A stretch of 37,655 bases of DNA from Parvularia atlantis. Lineage: Eukaryota. The stretch spans positions 1 to 37,655 of the forward strand of contig CALSCO010000765.1 of the NCBI GenBank assembly GCA_943704415.1. Direction: 5' to 3'. Positions 10,901-23,176 of the stretch are shown piece after piece. The position numbers were made by a program, and so were the translations under genes. The notes beneath the pieces are model-generated. The model ran no database searches, was not told the origin of the DNA, and worked only from the letters and a program-made list of their open reading frames with translations. How positions within the stretch are numbered: position 1 is the first letter of the stretch; every line of letters begins with the position of its first letter.

Positions 10901-13900
10901 TCCTCGTCAGCGCCGCGCACGACTGCACCGTGCGGGTGCGGCGTGGTTCCGCGATCAGGCACGCTCGCAGCCTCCTCACGTCGCGCGGTGCGGCCGCAGC
11001 TGTGGGACATCGAGCAGCTCGAGTGCCTCTGTGTGCTGCGCCCGCGCCTGCTCGTCGGCAACATCTTCTCGCTCGCCGCCACCACCGACGGCGCGCACCT
11101 CTTCCTCGGCTGCCAGAACGCGTCCATCCAGACCAAGGCCATCGACCTCGACGTCGGCCTCTTCGCCGGCAGCCGCCCGGCGCAGACGTGGGCGGGCGTG
11201 GTGAGCAGCATGGCGGCGGCGCAGGCGGCCCCTCGCTCACGCCACCCGCTCACAGGAGGCACGCCAGGACAAGCGCATCGACTGCTCTGCGCCCGAGCCC
11301 GAGGCCGAGCCCGCCAGCACGCCGTACCTCATGTCGTCCAGCCACAGTGCCAACGCGCGCGCCGTCTTCGCCGCACAGCTGCTCTCGGCCGTGCCGCTGC
11401 CGCGCCAGAGCCAGCTAATGGCGGCCGAGGGCGACGCGATCGCGCACGCCGCGCAGGAGGACAACGCGCGCCTGGCCGGCAGCACGCCCGCGCCGCCAAC
11501 GCCAATGCAGGTGGACTCGCCGGGCTACACGCCCGTGCCGCTGTCGGCGCGCTCGCCGCGCGGGAGCATGCTCGCGAGCGTTGACAAGGAGTGCAACTTC
11601 ACCCTGAGCCACTTTGGTTATGTCTACTGCCTCGCCACGGCCAAGCTCGTCCTGCCGGATGCAGCCTTGAGCAGCGCGCCGCCGCAGGAGGTGCTCATCT
11701 CGGGCAGCGGCGACGGCACGGTCAAGGTGCGCTGCGCAGCCGGGCTCAAGCAGCGCAGCCTCACGGACGCACGGCGCGCACAGCTTTGGCGCTGGCACGC
11801 CTCGCCGCCCAAGCTGCAGCTGTTGCACCAGCTGGCCGTACCTGGCGGCCCGCAGCGCGCGGTGCTGTCGCTCCTCGTGCACGAGGGCCTGCTGTACTGC
11901 GGACTGCAGGGCGGGCACGTGGCCATCTGGGACCTCGAGACGCTCGAGTGCACGCGCCAGCTCGAGGGCCACTCGGACGACGTCAACGCGCTCGTCGTGT
12001 GCAAGGCACGGCACCCGACCGGGCCGGCTCTGTGCGTGCACACTAATGACGTGACGCGCGCCGCAGGGCCACATCTTTTCGGGCTCGGCCGACGGCACCG
12101 TGCGCATGATCGGGCGCAGCTTCGAGTGCCTCGAGGTGCTCAGGTCGAAGAAGAGCGGTGCGTGCGCGCTCACGGGCAACAGTGCCCCGGAGCGCTGACG
12201 CGTGTGCGGCAGGACGCATGGTGCTCTCGCTCGCCGCGTTCGACGACATGCTCATCGTCGGCAGCAACGCGGGCGCGATCGAGGTCTGGCGCGTGCCGCC
12301 GCAGAGTAAGCCGACGGTGCGCGCACACGCAATACACGGCCGGTGCGACAGTCTGAGACGCGGCCCTGTCGCAGCTGCTCACGAACGAGGAGGACGCGTT
12401 CTTGGCCGCGCTGGAGCAGTTTGTGGCGCTGCGCACCGTGTCGAGCGACGAGACGCTGCGCGAGGAGTGTCGCCGCGGCGCCAAGTTCCTCAACAAGCTG
12501 TGCCAGCAGCTCGGCGCCGAGTCCAAGCTGGTCGCGGGCGCCACCGGCAAGAACCCGGTCGTCGTCGCGCGCTTCCTCGCCAACGACCGCTCGCTCGCGC
12601 CGGACGCGGCCGGTGCGTACGCGCGCGGCCCGCACACACGCCGCGTGACTGACGCTGGCAACAGTGCCGACGCTGCTCTTCTACGGCCACTACGACATCC
12701 AGCCCGCGGAGGAGAAGGAGTGGTGCGTCCTGGCGGCCGTCGCGTGTCGCTCTCTCACAGCGCACCGCAGGAACACGCCGCCGTTCACGCTCACGGGCAT
12801 CAACGGGTATCTGTACGGCCGCGGCGCGACCGACAACAAGGGTGCGGGCCGCCCCTACGCGCACGGCTGAGGGCTGAGCAGCAGCTGACCGCGCGCGCGG
12901 CAGGCCCGGTGCTCGCGGCGCTGTTTGGCACCAGCGAGCTGTGGCGCGAGGAGCGCCTGCCGGTCAACGTGATTCTGCTGGTCGAGGGCGAGGAGGAGAG
13001 CGGCTCCGAGGGGATCTCGGTCGCGCTGTCGTCGTGCAACGGCTGGCTCAATGAGAGCGGCGACGTGGACTGCATCCTTATTGCCAACACGTACTGGCTC
13101 GGCGACAACATCCCCTGCGTCACCTACGGCCTACGCGGCGTCGTGCGGGCGACGGTCGAGGTGCTCGGGCTGCCGGAGGATCTGCACTCGGGCGTGGACG
13201 GCGGCGTCGTGGCCGAGCCGCTTGTGGACCTGCTGCACCTGCTGGCGTCGCTTCGCGACAGCCAGGGGCGCGTCGCCGTGCCGCACTTCTACGACAACCT
13301 GCGCCAGCCCGAGCCGGCCGAGCTGGCTCGGTACGAGCAGCTCGCGTTCGACAGCGACAAGTACTCGATCAGGCCACCGGCCGCCGGCAGCGTTGCGCGC
13401 TCGTCGCCGCACGTCGCCGACGACGCGAACGGGGGCGCAGCACAGCCCGTCGATGGCGCGTCGTCGGACGGCGTCGAGCGCACGGGCTCGGGCGTGCTCT
13501 ACGTCAGCCAGGCGCCCGCCGCGCTGCCGTCCAAGGCGCAGATCCTGTCGGCGCGGTGGTACCAGCCGACGCTGTCAGTGCACAACGTGCAGGTGAGCGG
13601 GCCCGGCACCAACACGGTCATCCCGAGGTGCGCTTTGTGCGGCCGGGCTGCCTGCGCTGTGCTGACGCGCACGCCAGCCGCGCATGGGCCTCGGTGAGCA
13701 TGCGCCTAGTGCCGGACCAGAACGTCGAGCACGTCACGCACGAGCTGCAAGAGTACCTGCTGGCGCGGTACCGCCAGCTTGGCACGCGGTGCGGGGCAAC
13801 GCAGCCTGTGCTGGCCAGCGAGTGACTGACGCGCCGACGGCAGCAACCACATGCGCATCACCGTCACCGACATGGCCGGCTGGTGGCTCGGCGAGAAGGA

Positions 13901-14446
13901 CGGGGCGGCGTTCGAGGCAGCGAAGGATGCGATCCGCACGGTGCGCACGCCGACCGACGCCAGCACGCATGTGCATCCCGCTCACACGGCCAGCGCCGCG
14001 CAGGTGTGGAAGATTGAACCGCAGCTCGTGCGCGAGGGCGGGACGATCCCCGTGACGCGCTTCCTCGAGGACTGGTTCAAGGCGCGTGCGCGCACCGGCA
14101 GCGAGCAACTGTGCGTGCTGATTGCGCGCGTGCGCTCACCCAGGCACCCGCCGTGCACCTGCCGCTGGGCCAGTGCACCGACGCGGCGCACCTGCCGAAC
14201 GAGCGCATCCGCGTGCGCAACCTGCAGCTCGGCCGCGAGGTGATCCAGCAGTTCACGTTCAATCTGTTCATGGTGCGTGGTCCTGCCTCGTCGCTCGCGG
14301 CAGCTCACTTCCTGTGTGTGCAGCGAGCGCAGGCGCGCGAAGCAACGGGCGCGATGTCGGCCAAGGCAGCAGCAGCGACACCACCCGCGACGCAGACGTC
14401 GGCGCCGCTCAAGCGCAAGCGTAGCTCTTTCAAGTTTAGCAGCTGA
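10555..14446 (+). CDS. DUG2: WD40 + M20 metallopeptidase-like protein (DUG2 architecture), multi-exon
   Basis: WD40 repeats ([42 protein letters not shown]) followed by M20 motifs [56 protein letters not shown]; polyQ insert near 10870-10899. Confidence 0.9.
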
Positions 14447-14483
14447 GGCACTGCCAATGTACAGCACGCTCACATGCCACGCA

Positions 14484-17400
14484 CTACTTGGGCGGCGGCG
14501 GCGCGGGCATGGCTGAGCGCCCGTAGAGCACGCGCGGCTTGGCCTGACGCGACGCGTTAATGCGGCATCCAGCGTTGCGCGCGTGCGCACCGGCGGCAGC
14601 GGTGTCCCGTCCGAGCCAGGCCGCGCTGGCGACGTCGTGGGCTCCTCCTGCGCGGCCGCACCCTCGCCGGCCGGCGGCGGGGGTGGCAGGCGGCGCGAGG
14701 GCACTGGCACTGGTGGTGTGGTCGGCTCCTCGCTCTGCGGCGCCGACAGCTTGCGTGCGGCCGGCACGGGCGGCGGTGGCGAAGCCGGCATGGGCTCGTC
14801 GGCGTTGATGTTGTGCAGCGACGGCTTGCGAGCCACGATTGGCGGCGGGCCCGACGGCGGCAGCGAGGTCGGTGCGGCACCGACGTCGTCCGAGCTGCGG
14901 TGCAACGATGGCTTGCGCGCGAGCGGCACCGGCGGCGTCGGCGGCGTTGCGACGGCGGGCGACGGCTGCGCAGACGTGTCTTCCGACGAGCGCGACGAGC
15001 CGCCACCGCCCGAGCTGCGCGCGAGCGCGATCGGTGTGGCCACGCCCATGGCTGCGCAAACGGGTCAGCGCACGCGGGCAAGGCAGTGGCGGCGCGCACC
15101 TGCAAAGGCCGTTGGCACGCCGCCCGCTTGCGCAGCCTGCTGCACTTTCGAGAGCGGGACGGGTGGGGCCGGGCGCGGCGGCGGGTGTGCCAGCGTGGGG
15201 CTGGCGGCGTGCGGGAACAGCTGCGAGGGGCTGGCGGCGCGCTCCACGGGCGGCGAGGCCGGCTCGTCGCGGTGGGCGTGGCCGTACGACATTGTCCGCG
15301 CGAATGGGGCGGGCGCGCTCGGTGCGGCGTTCGCGGTCGATGAGCGGGTCGGCGCGGTCTGGGCGCGCTTCTCGTACTCGTCGTGCACCGTCTCGAGCGA
15401 GGTGATCGCGTCGAGCAGCTGCTGCAGCGGCTCCGACTGCGCACCAGGCACGGTCGGTCAGCCCACCGGCCGCGACCGCGCGTCTCGCGCACCGGGTTCT
15501 GCTCCAGGTACGTGCGCAGCTCGCCCTGCTTGGCCTGCAGCGTTCGGTACACGGCCGCGATTTCGCGGCGGCTGTCGATCACGCTGATGTCCATCGACGG
15601 CGGCAGGTTGGCGGGCGGCGCAGTCTGGCGGGCGGCCGGCGCAGTCAGTCGATGCGGTGCGATGCCGTGTGCCGTGTGCCGCCGCGCGGGCGCACCGCAA
15701 ACTTGTCCACGGCCCCGCGCGACGCGTCCAAGTTGCGCACGATGAACGCGTTCATGTCGGCCATGTACGGCTCCTTGGCGCCAAACTCGACCAGGTTGGC
15801 CAGGTTCTGCAGCGTCTTGGCGATGAGCGTGAACGAGCGGCTCGTGTTGTTGTCCGGGTGCTCTGGCCGTGCGCGTGCGCGTGTGAGGGAGCACTAGCAT
15901 GCACGAGTACGCCGCCGCGCACCAGCCGCCATGCCAAACAGCTTCGGGTCGAGGATGGCCGGACAGAAGAAGCGCAGGAAGATGAAGCCGCTGGCCGCGC
16001 GCGCGGCGTGAGCGTCGCGTCGTAGTGCTGTATTGAGCGCGGCGCACCTGACGGCCGTGTGGCGGACCTTGTCGCTGCCGAACTTGGCCATCGTGTCCTT
16101 GGCTAGGTTGGCCAGGACCGCGCGGATCTCCCTGCGCGAAGCGCGACGGCAGTGTGAGTGGTGCAAACACGGCGCGGCGGGGCAGCAGACCACGGGCACT
16201 TGTCGGCTGACATGTTGATCGTGTCCCAGAACTGCGTGACGTACGTCGTGAGGCGCTTCCAGTTGCGCTTGAGGTCGTCGCCCTTCTCAAGGCGCGTCGG
16301 GTCGACCTGCGACGCGGTTGAGGTCGTCGCTGTCGCTGTCGCTGTCGCCGTCGCCGTCGCCGTCGCACGCACCTCGCACGACTCCTTGTCCTTGTAGACG
16401 TTGCGCACGAGCGTCTTGAGCGTGCTCTGCAGGTATTCGGTGCCGACCATCTTCATGTACTGGTCGAGCGTCTTGGTCGCGAGCGAGTTGCCGCGGAAGA
16501 TGATGTTGGGGTCGTCTGCGGCCGGCGTCAGATGTCGCGCGGGCCGGGCGCGTGGCGGCGGCACGCACCGGTCGACTCGATCTCCTGTGACGTCAGCTTG
16601 CGCAGGAGGTCGACGGCCGTGCGCTGGCTCGCGCTGAACCGTAGGATGCTCCGCGCAAATTCCTCCTTCTGTTTGAGCGCGTTGCTGAGAGCGAGCAGCG
16701 CGCCGAGGTCGCCGTCAAACAACAGCTGCGTGTTGCGCACGCTCAGACGCCTCTCGCAGCGCGGGGCTGCCACGCGATGCGCACCGCTCGCATCGCTTCG
16801 TACTCGGCCAGCGGCAGGATCTTCTCGACCATGAGCGTGGCCTTGAGGCGGATCGAGCCCAGGTCGGTCGTCGACACGACAAACTTGCTCGAGTCGGTGT
16901 CGGCCGCGGGCAGGATGAGCGGGTGCCACTCCTCCTGCTCGGCGTTGGCCGGGAGCGTGTCGAGCGAGATCTGCGCGTGCGGGCGAGCGTGTGGGCTTCC
17001 GCGTGTGTGCGGAAGTCGTGTGCGAAAGCGCGCACCTGCACTTTGGCCAGCTGCGTGTAGCGCTGCATGCCGATGCGGTTCTGCGAGCACACCTCGACGA
17101 GGAGGCTGCGGTGGTTGTGCGCGATGTCACTGCGGGCGCGCGCACATGCCGGGTGAGCGGGTGTGCGTGGCCTGGGGCGGGCCGCGCGCGCGCGCACTCA
17201 AAGTAGAACGACTCGCCAAAGAAGGGCGAGAGCGTGTTGAGCTTGGTCACGGTGCGCGCGAGCTTGACCCAGCCGAGGCTGAGCGGGCGTGGGCGCGGGG
17301 TGAGCGGCGCAAGGGCATAGCGTGGCGCGGCGGACGTGCCTGATGAAGCAGAACGGATCGGACGAGCGCCGGATGATGTCTGACGACGGCAGGTCTTTGC

Positions 17401-19117
17401 ACTCGACGATCTCAGCCTTGAGGCTCTTGATTGTGCGGTACTCCTCGCCTGGGCGTTGCGGGCGGGCGTGAGCATCCGCCTGCGCGCAGGCCATGCGGTC
17501 GAGCGCACCCTGCATCGAAGACAGGAAGCGCGTGAAATCGCACGAGCGCAGGTGCCGGATCCACTCAAGCTTGTCTTGCTCGTTCTCGGCCGCGAGGTAA
17601 AAGATGCGGCTGACGTCCTTCTTGACGAGGAAGTCGCTCGAGACGATCTGGAGGCAGTGCTTGCGCTCAAAGTAGCTGTCGTCGACCGAGTGCGTCTGCG
17701 CCGCGGCGAGCTCGACAATCTGCTTGGGCTTGATGCCGTCCTCCGAGTCGAACATGTACAGGCGCTGCTCGTGGCCCATGAGCACGCAGTAGCGCAGCTT
17801 CCAGTCCTGGCGTGTGGGCGTCAGCGAGCGCGCTGTGCACAGACGAGAGCGCGCACGGGGCTGAACACGTTCTCGCTCGTCTGGCGCATGAGCCGCCCGG
17901 CCTTGAGCGGGTTGATGAGCGCGCGCACCGAGACATTGGCGCCCTGGCTGTCGTCGCGGATATGGTCGTCGATGAACTCTGCGGGCGGCATGAGAGCGCA
18001 CGCGGCGGCGGTACGGTGCACACGGCCGCACCCTGCAGGTCCTCGTCGATGTCGACCTCCTTCATCTTCTCCTGCATCGTCGTCGCAAAGACGCTGTGGT
18101 CGATCACGTGCATCTGCTCGGCCTCGTAGTACTTGATGATGAGCTGCTGCAGCTTGGCCAGGCGCTCGTGCTCGAGCGCGCGGAACCTGTCGAGCAGCTC
18201 GGGCAGGACGACGTTGTAGAACTGCTCTTGCGATTGCTGTGCGCGGTGCGCGGTGTGCGTGCGCGGTGTGAGCGCGGGGCAGCGCGGTGTGCCGCCCGAG
18301 GTGCGTACGCGGCTGCCGTCGTCTTTGTCGAGCCAGACCCGCTTGGCGTCCTGCGCCTTGAGCTCGGTCTGCTGCGCCTTGACGAGTACCTTCTCGAGGT
18401 CCTTCTCCTTCATGGCCGGGTTGCTCTGCGCCGTGCGGCTCTTCTCCTCGGCCTCGTCGGCCTGGCGCTGCAGCTCGTCGTAGTCGGTCTTGGCCTTTTT
18501 GAGCTGCGTGTAGGCGTCCTGGAGCGCGCCGGTCGACTTGGTGCCGTCGGCGATGAACGTCTTGCGCGTGCCCTCCCACTCCTTCACGAGCTGCCCGAGC
18601 GTGTCGACCATGGTCGTCTCGAGCGTGCGGCTGAGCTTGTCGTGCGCGGCGGCGACGTTGTTGGTCTGCGCGCCGCGGTGCGCGCGAAACGCGTGCGAAA
18701 CGCCGTGTGACGTGCGCGTCTCACCCCACGTTCCCCGCAACAAACGCGACGCACCTCCTCGACCACGTCCAGGAAGCCTGTCCAGAGCGACGTCGTGGCG
18801 ACGGACGCCTTGGCGCCCGGTGCCGCGCCGCTCCCGCCGCCACCGCTGCCCGTGCCGCCGCCGCCGCCGCCAGCGCCACCGCCCGAGGCCGCGAGCGACG
18901 CCGCGCCGGCCGTCGTGCCCGCGTCGGTGCCTGAGCGGACGCGTGACACGCGCTTCTTGGTGGTCGCGAGCACGCCGGCGCAGAGCTTGCCGAGGGCGCG
19001 CGCGTAGTCGGCCTCGATCGCCTGGCGCTTCTTGAGGAACGCGGCGACCTCGCGGCATTGTGCCAGGCCCTCGTCCGAGTAGGCGAAGACAGCTTCGAGG
19101 CGGCGATCGAGCGGCAT
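14484..19117 (-). CDS. F-BAR (FCH) - PH - C2 - RasGAP protein with Pro-rich tail, multi-exon
   Basis: FCH start [23 protein letters not shown] plus coiled coil; PH ([31 protein letters not shown]); C2 ([29 protein letters not shown]); RasGAP ([10 protein letters not shown] arginine finger, [30 protein letters not shown]). Confidence 0.9.
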
Positions 19118-19126
19118 GGTGACGGT

Positions 19127-19182
19127 GCTGATTGGCGCGATGCAGCGACCAATCGCCGCACGCTACGCCACGGCCAATCAGC
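19127..19182. promoter_or_regulatory. Cluster of CCAAT (NF-Y-like) boxes, the outer two forming a 10-bp inverted repeat
   Basis: gctgattggc (19127-19136), gaccaatc (about 19147-19154) and gccaatcagc (19173-19182) in the RasGAP/BTA1 divergent region; another ccaatca near 19382. Confidence 0.5.
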
Positions 19183-19559
19183 GACGCGCGCGCCGGCACG
19201 TGGCCGCTCTAATGCGGCTCGGATACGCACGCCGCACGCGCGCACGCCGCGCCGCGCCACGCAATCTGTGTGCGCGCACGGATGGCCGGGTGCCTGTTGC
19301 ACACCGATGCGCTGTCGGTGAATGCGTGCGTATGGCGCAGCGGCCGATGCGAGCGGCATGGCGCGGGCGAGGTGGCGGCCCCCAATCACACGCGCGGCCG
19401 CGTGGCGCCCCACTTTCCCCCTCACGGTCGCCACGCGCGCGCGCACCACCCGCGCCGCCCACGCCGGCCCAGCGCAGATCCCGTTCTCACGCGCCCCGCG
19501 CGCACGCGCAGCCCGCACCGCACCCCTCCGCCACCAGCACCCGACCGACCGCCGAAGCC

Positions 19560-22176
19560 ATGTCCAAGTCGCTGGTGCGCCCGCCCGCCTGAACTCGGCG
19601 CGCGAATCCCGGTGCTGACGCCGCTCGTGGCCGTGGCGCGCGCGCGCAGGCCGAGAACCTGACGGTGCTGTACAACATGTGGTTCAAGGTGCGGCTGCGC
19701 CTGCGCTGTGCCGCGCGTCCGCGTGCTGGCGCTCACACCCAGTATCCGCGACATGCAGCCCATCACCGGCGCGAGCCACGCCGAGCGCCTCGACTCGTTC
19801 TACAACGACCAAGCGGACGCGTACGACAAGTGCGTGTGGCACGCACCGCCTGTGCTGCTCGTCTCACGGCGGCGCCCGGCAGCTTCCGCGAAAACTTCCT
19901 GCACGGCCGGCGCCCGATGCTGCAGGCCGCGGCCGGCCGGCTCGAGGACGAGCGCGACGTGGTCTGGCTCGACATGGGCGGCGGCACGGGCTGGAACGTT
20001 GAGGCGATGGAGGGCATCATGGGCTCGCTCAAGCAGTTCAAGAAGATCTACATCATCGACCTGTGCAAGCCCCTGTGCGAGGTCGCGCAGAAGCGCGTCA
20101 ACAAGAAGGGCTGGAAGAACGTCGAGGTGGTCAACGCGGACGTGTGCGAGTTTGCCCTGCCCGAGGGCGTCAAGGTGCGCGCACTGCGCACTGCGCTGGG
20201 CACGGCACACGGATGCGGTGCTTACACGCCCCACGCCCCACGCCCCACGCAACCAGGCCAACTTCATCACGTTCTCGTACTCGCTCTCGATGATCCCGCC
20301 GTTCTTCGCCGCCGTCGACAACGCGATGACCCTGCTCGCGCCGCACGGCCTCTTTGGCGTGGCCGACTTCTACGTCTCGGACAAGTTTGACCAGCCCTCG
20401 CGCCAGAACAACACCTTCTACCGCCTGTTCTGGAAGGTGTGCGCCCATCACGCTCACCGGTCGGCCGCTTATGCGCGCTCGCGCAGTCCGTCTTCGACTT
20501 TGACGGCATCTTCCTCGACCCGGCACGCCGGCAGTACCTCGACCACAAGATGGTCCGTGAGTACGAGTACAACGACGTCGGCCACATCCCGTTTGTGCCG
20601 CTCGTCAAGGCGCCGTTCTACGTCTGGCTGGGCCGCCTCCGCCACGGCGACAAGCCCGTGCGCCAGCACATCGCCGCGCGCCCCGGCAAGGGCTTCCCCA
20701 AGACGTTCATCTACTCGATGACGTGGGAGGATCCGCGCGAGGACGCCAAGGTGTTCCCGATGGGCCCGAACGACGTCGTCCTCTCGCTCACGTCGGGCGG
20801 CTGCAATCTGCTCGACATGCTCATCGACGGCCCCCAGCGCGTCGTCGGCGTCGACCTCAACCCGTGCCAGAACCACCTGGTCGAGCTCAAGAAGGTGTGC
20901 ATCAAGCGCCTGCAGTACGACGACTTCTGGAAGATGTTTGGCGAGGGCAAGCACGAGAACATCCGCGAGCTGTACAAGGACCGCATCGCGCCGTTCCTGT
21001 CGCAGGTACCGTGTGGTGCGACGACTGGCATTTCGTGCTAAGTACGCGTGCGCAGGACGCCCACGTGTTCTGGTCGGCCCGCCTGCACTACTTTGACGAG
21101 TGCCTGTACCACTACGGCGCCATGGGCTGGCTCGTGTACCTGCTGCAGTACCTCGCGCCGCTCCTGCGCATGGACCAGGACCTGCACGAGATGCTCGAGT
21201 GCGGCAGCGTCGAGCGCCAGTCGGAGATCTGGACGCAGAAGATCCGCTGGAAGATCCTCGGCCTGAGCCGTATCATGGACAACCCCGGTGCGTGTCGTGC
21301 CGTGCTGCGCGCGGGCCGGGCCGGGTCGCGCCCTGATGCGCGCCGACGAAGCCGCCATGTGGCTGTTCAACGGCGTGCCAAAGAACCAGCTCGACATGCT
21401 CCGCGCCGAGGGCACGCTTGTGCAGTACAACGCGCGCGTCTTTGACCAGGTGCGTGGCCGCTCGCTTTGCCGACAACGTCGCTCACTCACTCTACGCGTG
21501 TGCGCGTGCGTGCGACCACCAGGCCGTCAGCAACTCGAACCTCAAGACCGACAACTACTTTTACCGTGTCGTCGCCACAGGCCGGTACACGAAGGAGTGC
21601 TGCCCGCGCTACCTCAAGGAGGAGTTCTTCAACAAGCTCAAGAACGAGAAGCTGGTGCGTGCCGCGCTTGCGCCTGTGCCGGGCGGTGCAGTACGTCTGA
21701 CGGGCGCGCCGCAGATCGACCGCCTCGAGCTGCGCACAGACTCGTTCCAGAACGTCCTGCGCGACGGCTACTACACGCGCGTCGTGCTGATGGACCACCT
21801 CGACTGGCTCGACCGCGACTACGTCCGCAACTTCAGCAAGGACCTGTCGGCCCACGTCGTCAAGAACGGCCTGATCATCTGGCGCTCGGCATCACGGCAG
21901 CCGTGGTGTACGTCCCCGCGCGTGTGCCAGCGTGCGCCAGCAAGCTCACGCGATCGCTGGCGCAGACGCTGAGTTTATCAAGGACGCCGGCTTCGACATT
22001 AAGCGCGTCAACTACGACAAGCAGTACAGTGCGTCCTGCCTTGCTCTGCCCCCGCACGCGCAGGCCGCTCACCCACGCGTGCGCGCGCAGTGGACCGGGT
22101 GAACATGTACGCCTCGTTCTACATCGCCACGCAGAAGAACGGCATCGAGGCCGACGTCGGCTACTCGAGCAACTGA
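19560..22176 (+). CDS. BTA1: Betaine lipid (DGTS) synthase BTA1: BtaB-like methyltransferase fused to BtaA/DUF3419, multi-exon
   Basis: HAERLDSFYNDQADAYD.FRENFLHGR, WLDMGGGTGWN, FSYSLSMIPPF, GVADFYVS, FIYSMTWEDPRED, LTSGGCN, VDLNPCQNHLVELK, DNYFY, LMDHLDW, DRVNMYASF. Confidence 0.95.
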
Positions 22177-22351
22177 TCCCCCTCTTCCGCATAACCTGTC
22201 GCGTTTGCTGTTCAGTTCTACCTGTGTCTCGCTCGACCCGCGAAAACGAAAAGAAGGCTGTGTTTTACTCTTTCTTGAGCACGACTTGCGCGGAGATGGT
22301 ACAAGGAGGTACAGAGCTGCGTCACTCGCCGCTGCGTCAGGCGCTGCCGCG

Positions 22352-23128
22352 TCACGCGTCACTGCTGGCGCTCGTCGCCCGCCGCCAAAAGTCCGGGTCA
22401 AGCTTGAGCTTGCGCTCGACGTGCTGGTACCACGCGTTGATGATGCGCATGGGCAGGTCGTCGCCGACGCCAAGGAAGCTTGTGACGTAGTTGTAGAAGT
22501 GCTCGAGGATGCGCCGCGTGATTAGCGCGTAGTCGCCCAGGCTGGGCTCGGTCGGGCGCAGCGCGACCTGGTTGAGCCCGGGCTGCGACAGGAAGCCCTG
22601 GATGACGTCGAGCGGCTCGATCGCGAGGCCGAGCTGCGCCTGCACCTTGTCGGGCGCGGCGCCAGGCCCGCCCTCGACAGTCATGCCGCCGTCGTCGAGC
22701 ATGTCGCCGCCGCCGCCGCCTGCGCCGCCCGCGCCACCGCCCGTCTTGAAGATGGACACCTTGTAGATGGCGCTGGGCTTGTCGTTGGTGAGGCAGCCCT
22801 GCGCGCCGCGGCTGCGGGTGAGCGATGCACCGCTACAGCAGCGCGGCAAAACGCGGCACGCAACGAGAAACTGCCAGGTCATGACCGAGTTGCGCGGCCA
22901 GCCAAAGTGCACGGTCGCGCCGTAGCCCGGCGGAAAGGCGACAGCGCCGGTGAGGAAGACGGCGAGGTGGTTGATGCTCCGCGCGTCGTCGAGCGCAAAC
23001 ACAAACCTGCTCGCGTCGACCTGCTGCAGGTTGGTCTGCACGAGCCGCCCGGCCACGACGCAGCCAAACATCGGCGCGGCAACGGGCGTGGCGGGCGCGG
23101 CGACGGGCGCGGCGGCGGCGGCGGCCAT
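22352..23128 (-). CDS. HIKESHI: Hikeshi/OPI10 (DUF775) Hsp70 nuclear import carrier
   Basis: [70 protein letters not shown]; one intron at 22799-22864; start at 23128 or 23071. Confidence 0.93.
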   Translation of the reverse strand: MAAAAAAPVAAPATPVAAPMFGCVVAGRLVQTNLQQVDASRFVFALDDARSINHLAVFLTGAVAFPPGYGATVHFGWPRNSVMTWQFLVACRVLPRCCSGASLTRSRGAQGCLTNDKPSAIYKVSIFKTGGGAGGAGGGGGDMLDDGGMTVEGGPGAAPDKVQAQLGLAIEPLDVIQGFLSQPGLNQVALRPTEPSLGDYALITRRILEHFYNYVTSFLGVGDDLPMRIINAWYQHVERKLKLDPDFWRRATSASSDA

Positions 23129-23176
23129 CGTCGAAGGTGCGAGAGTCACGCTTCTCGCCACCATACCGGGCGCGAC

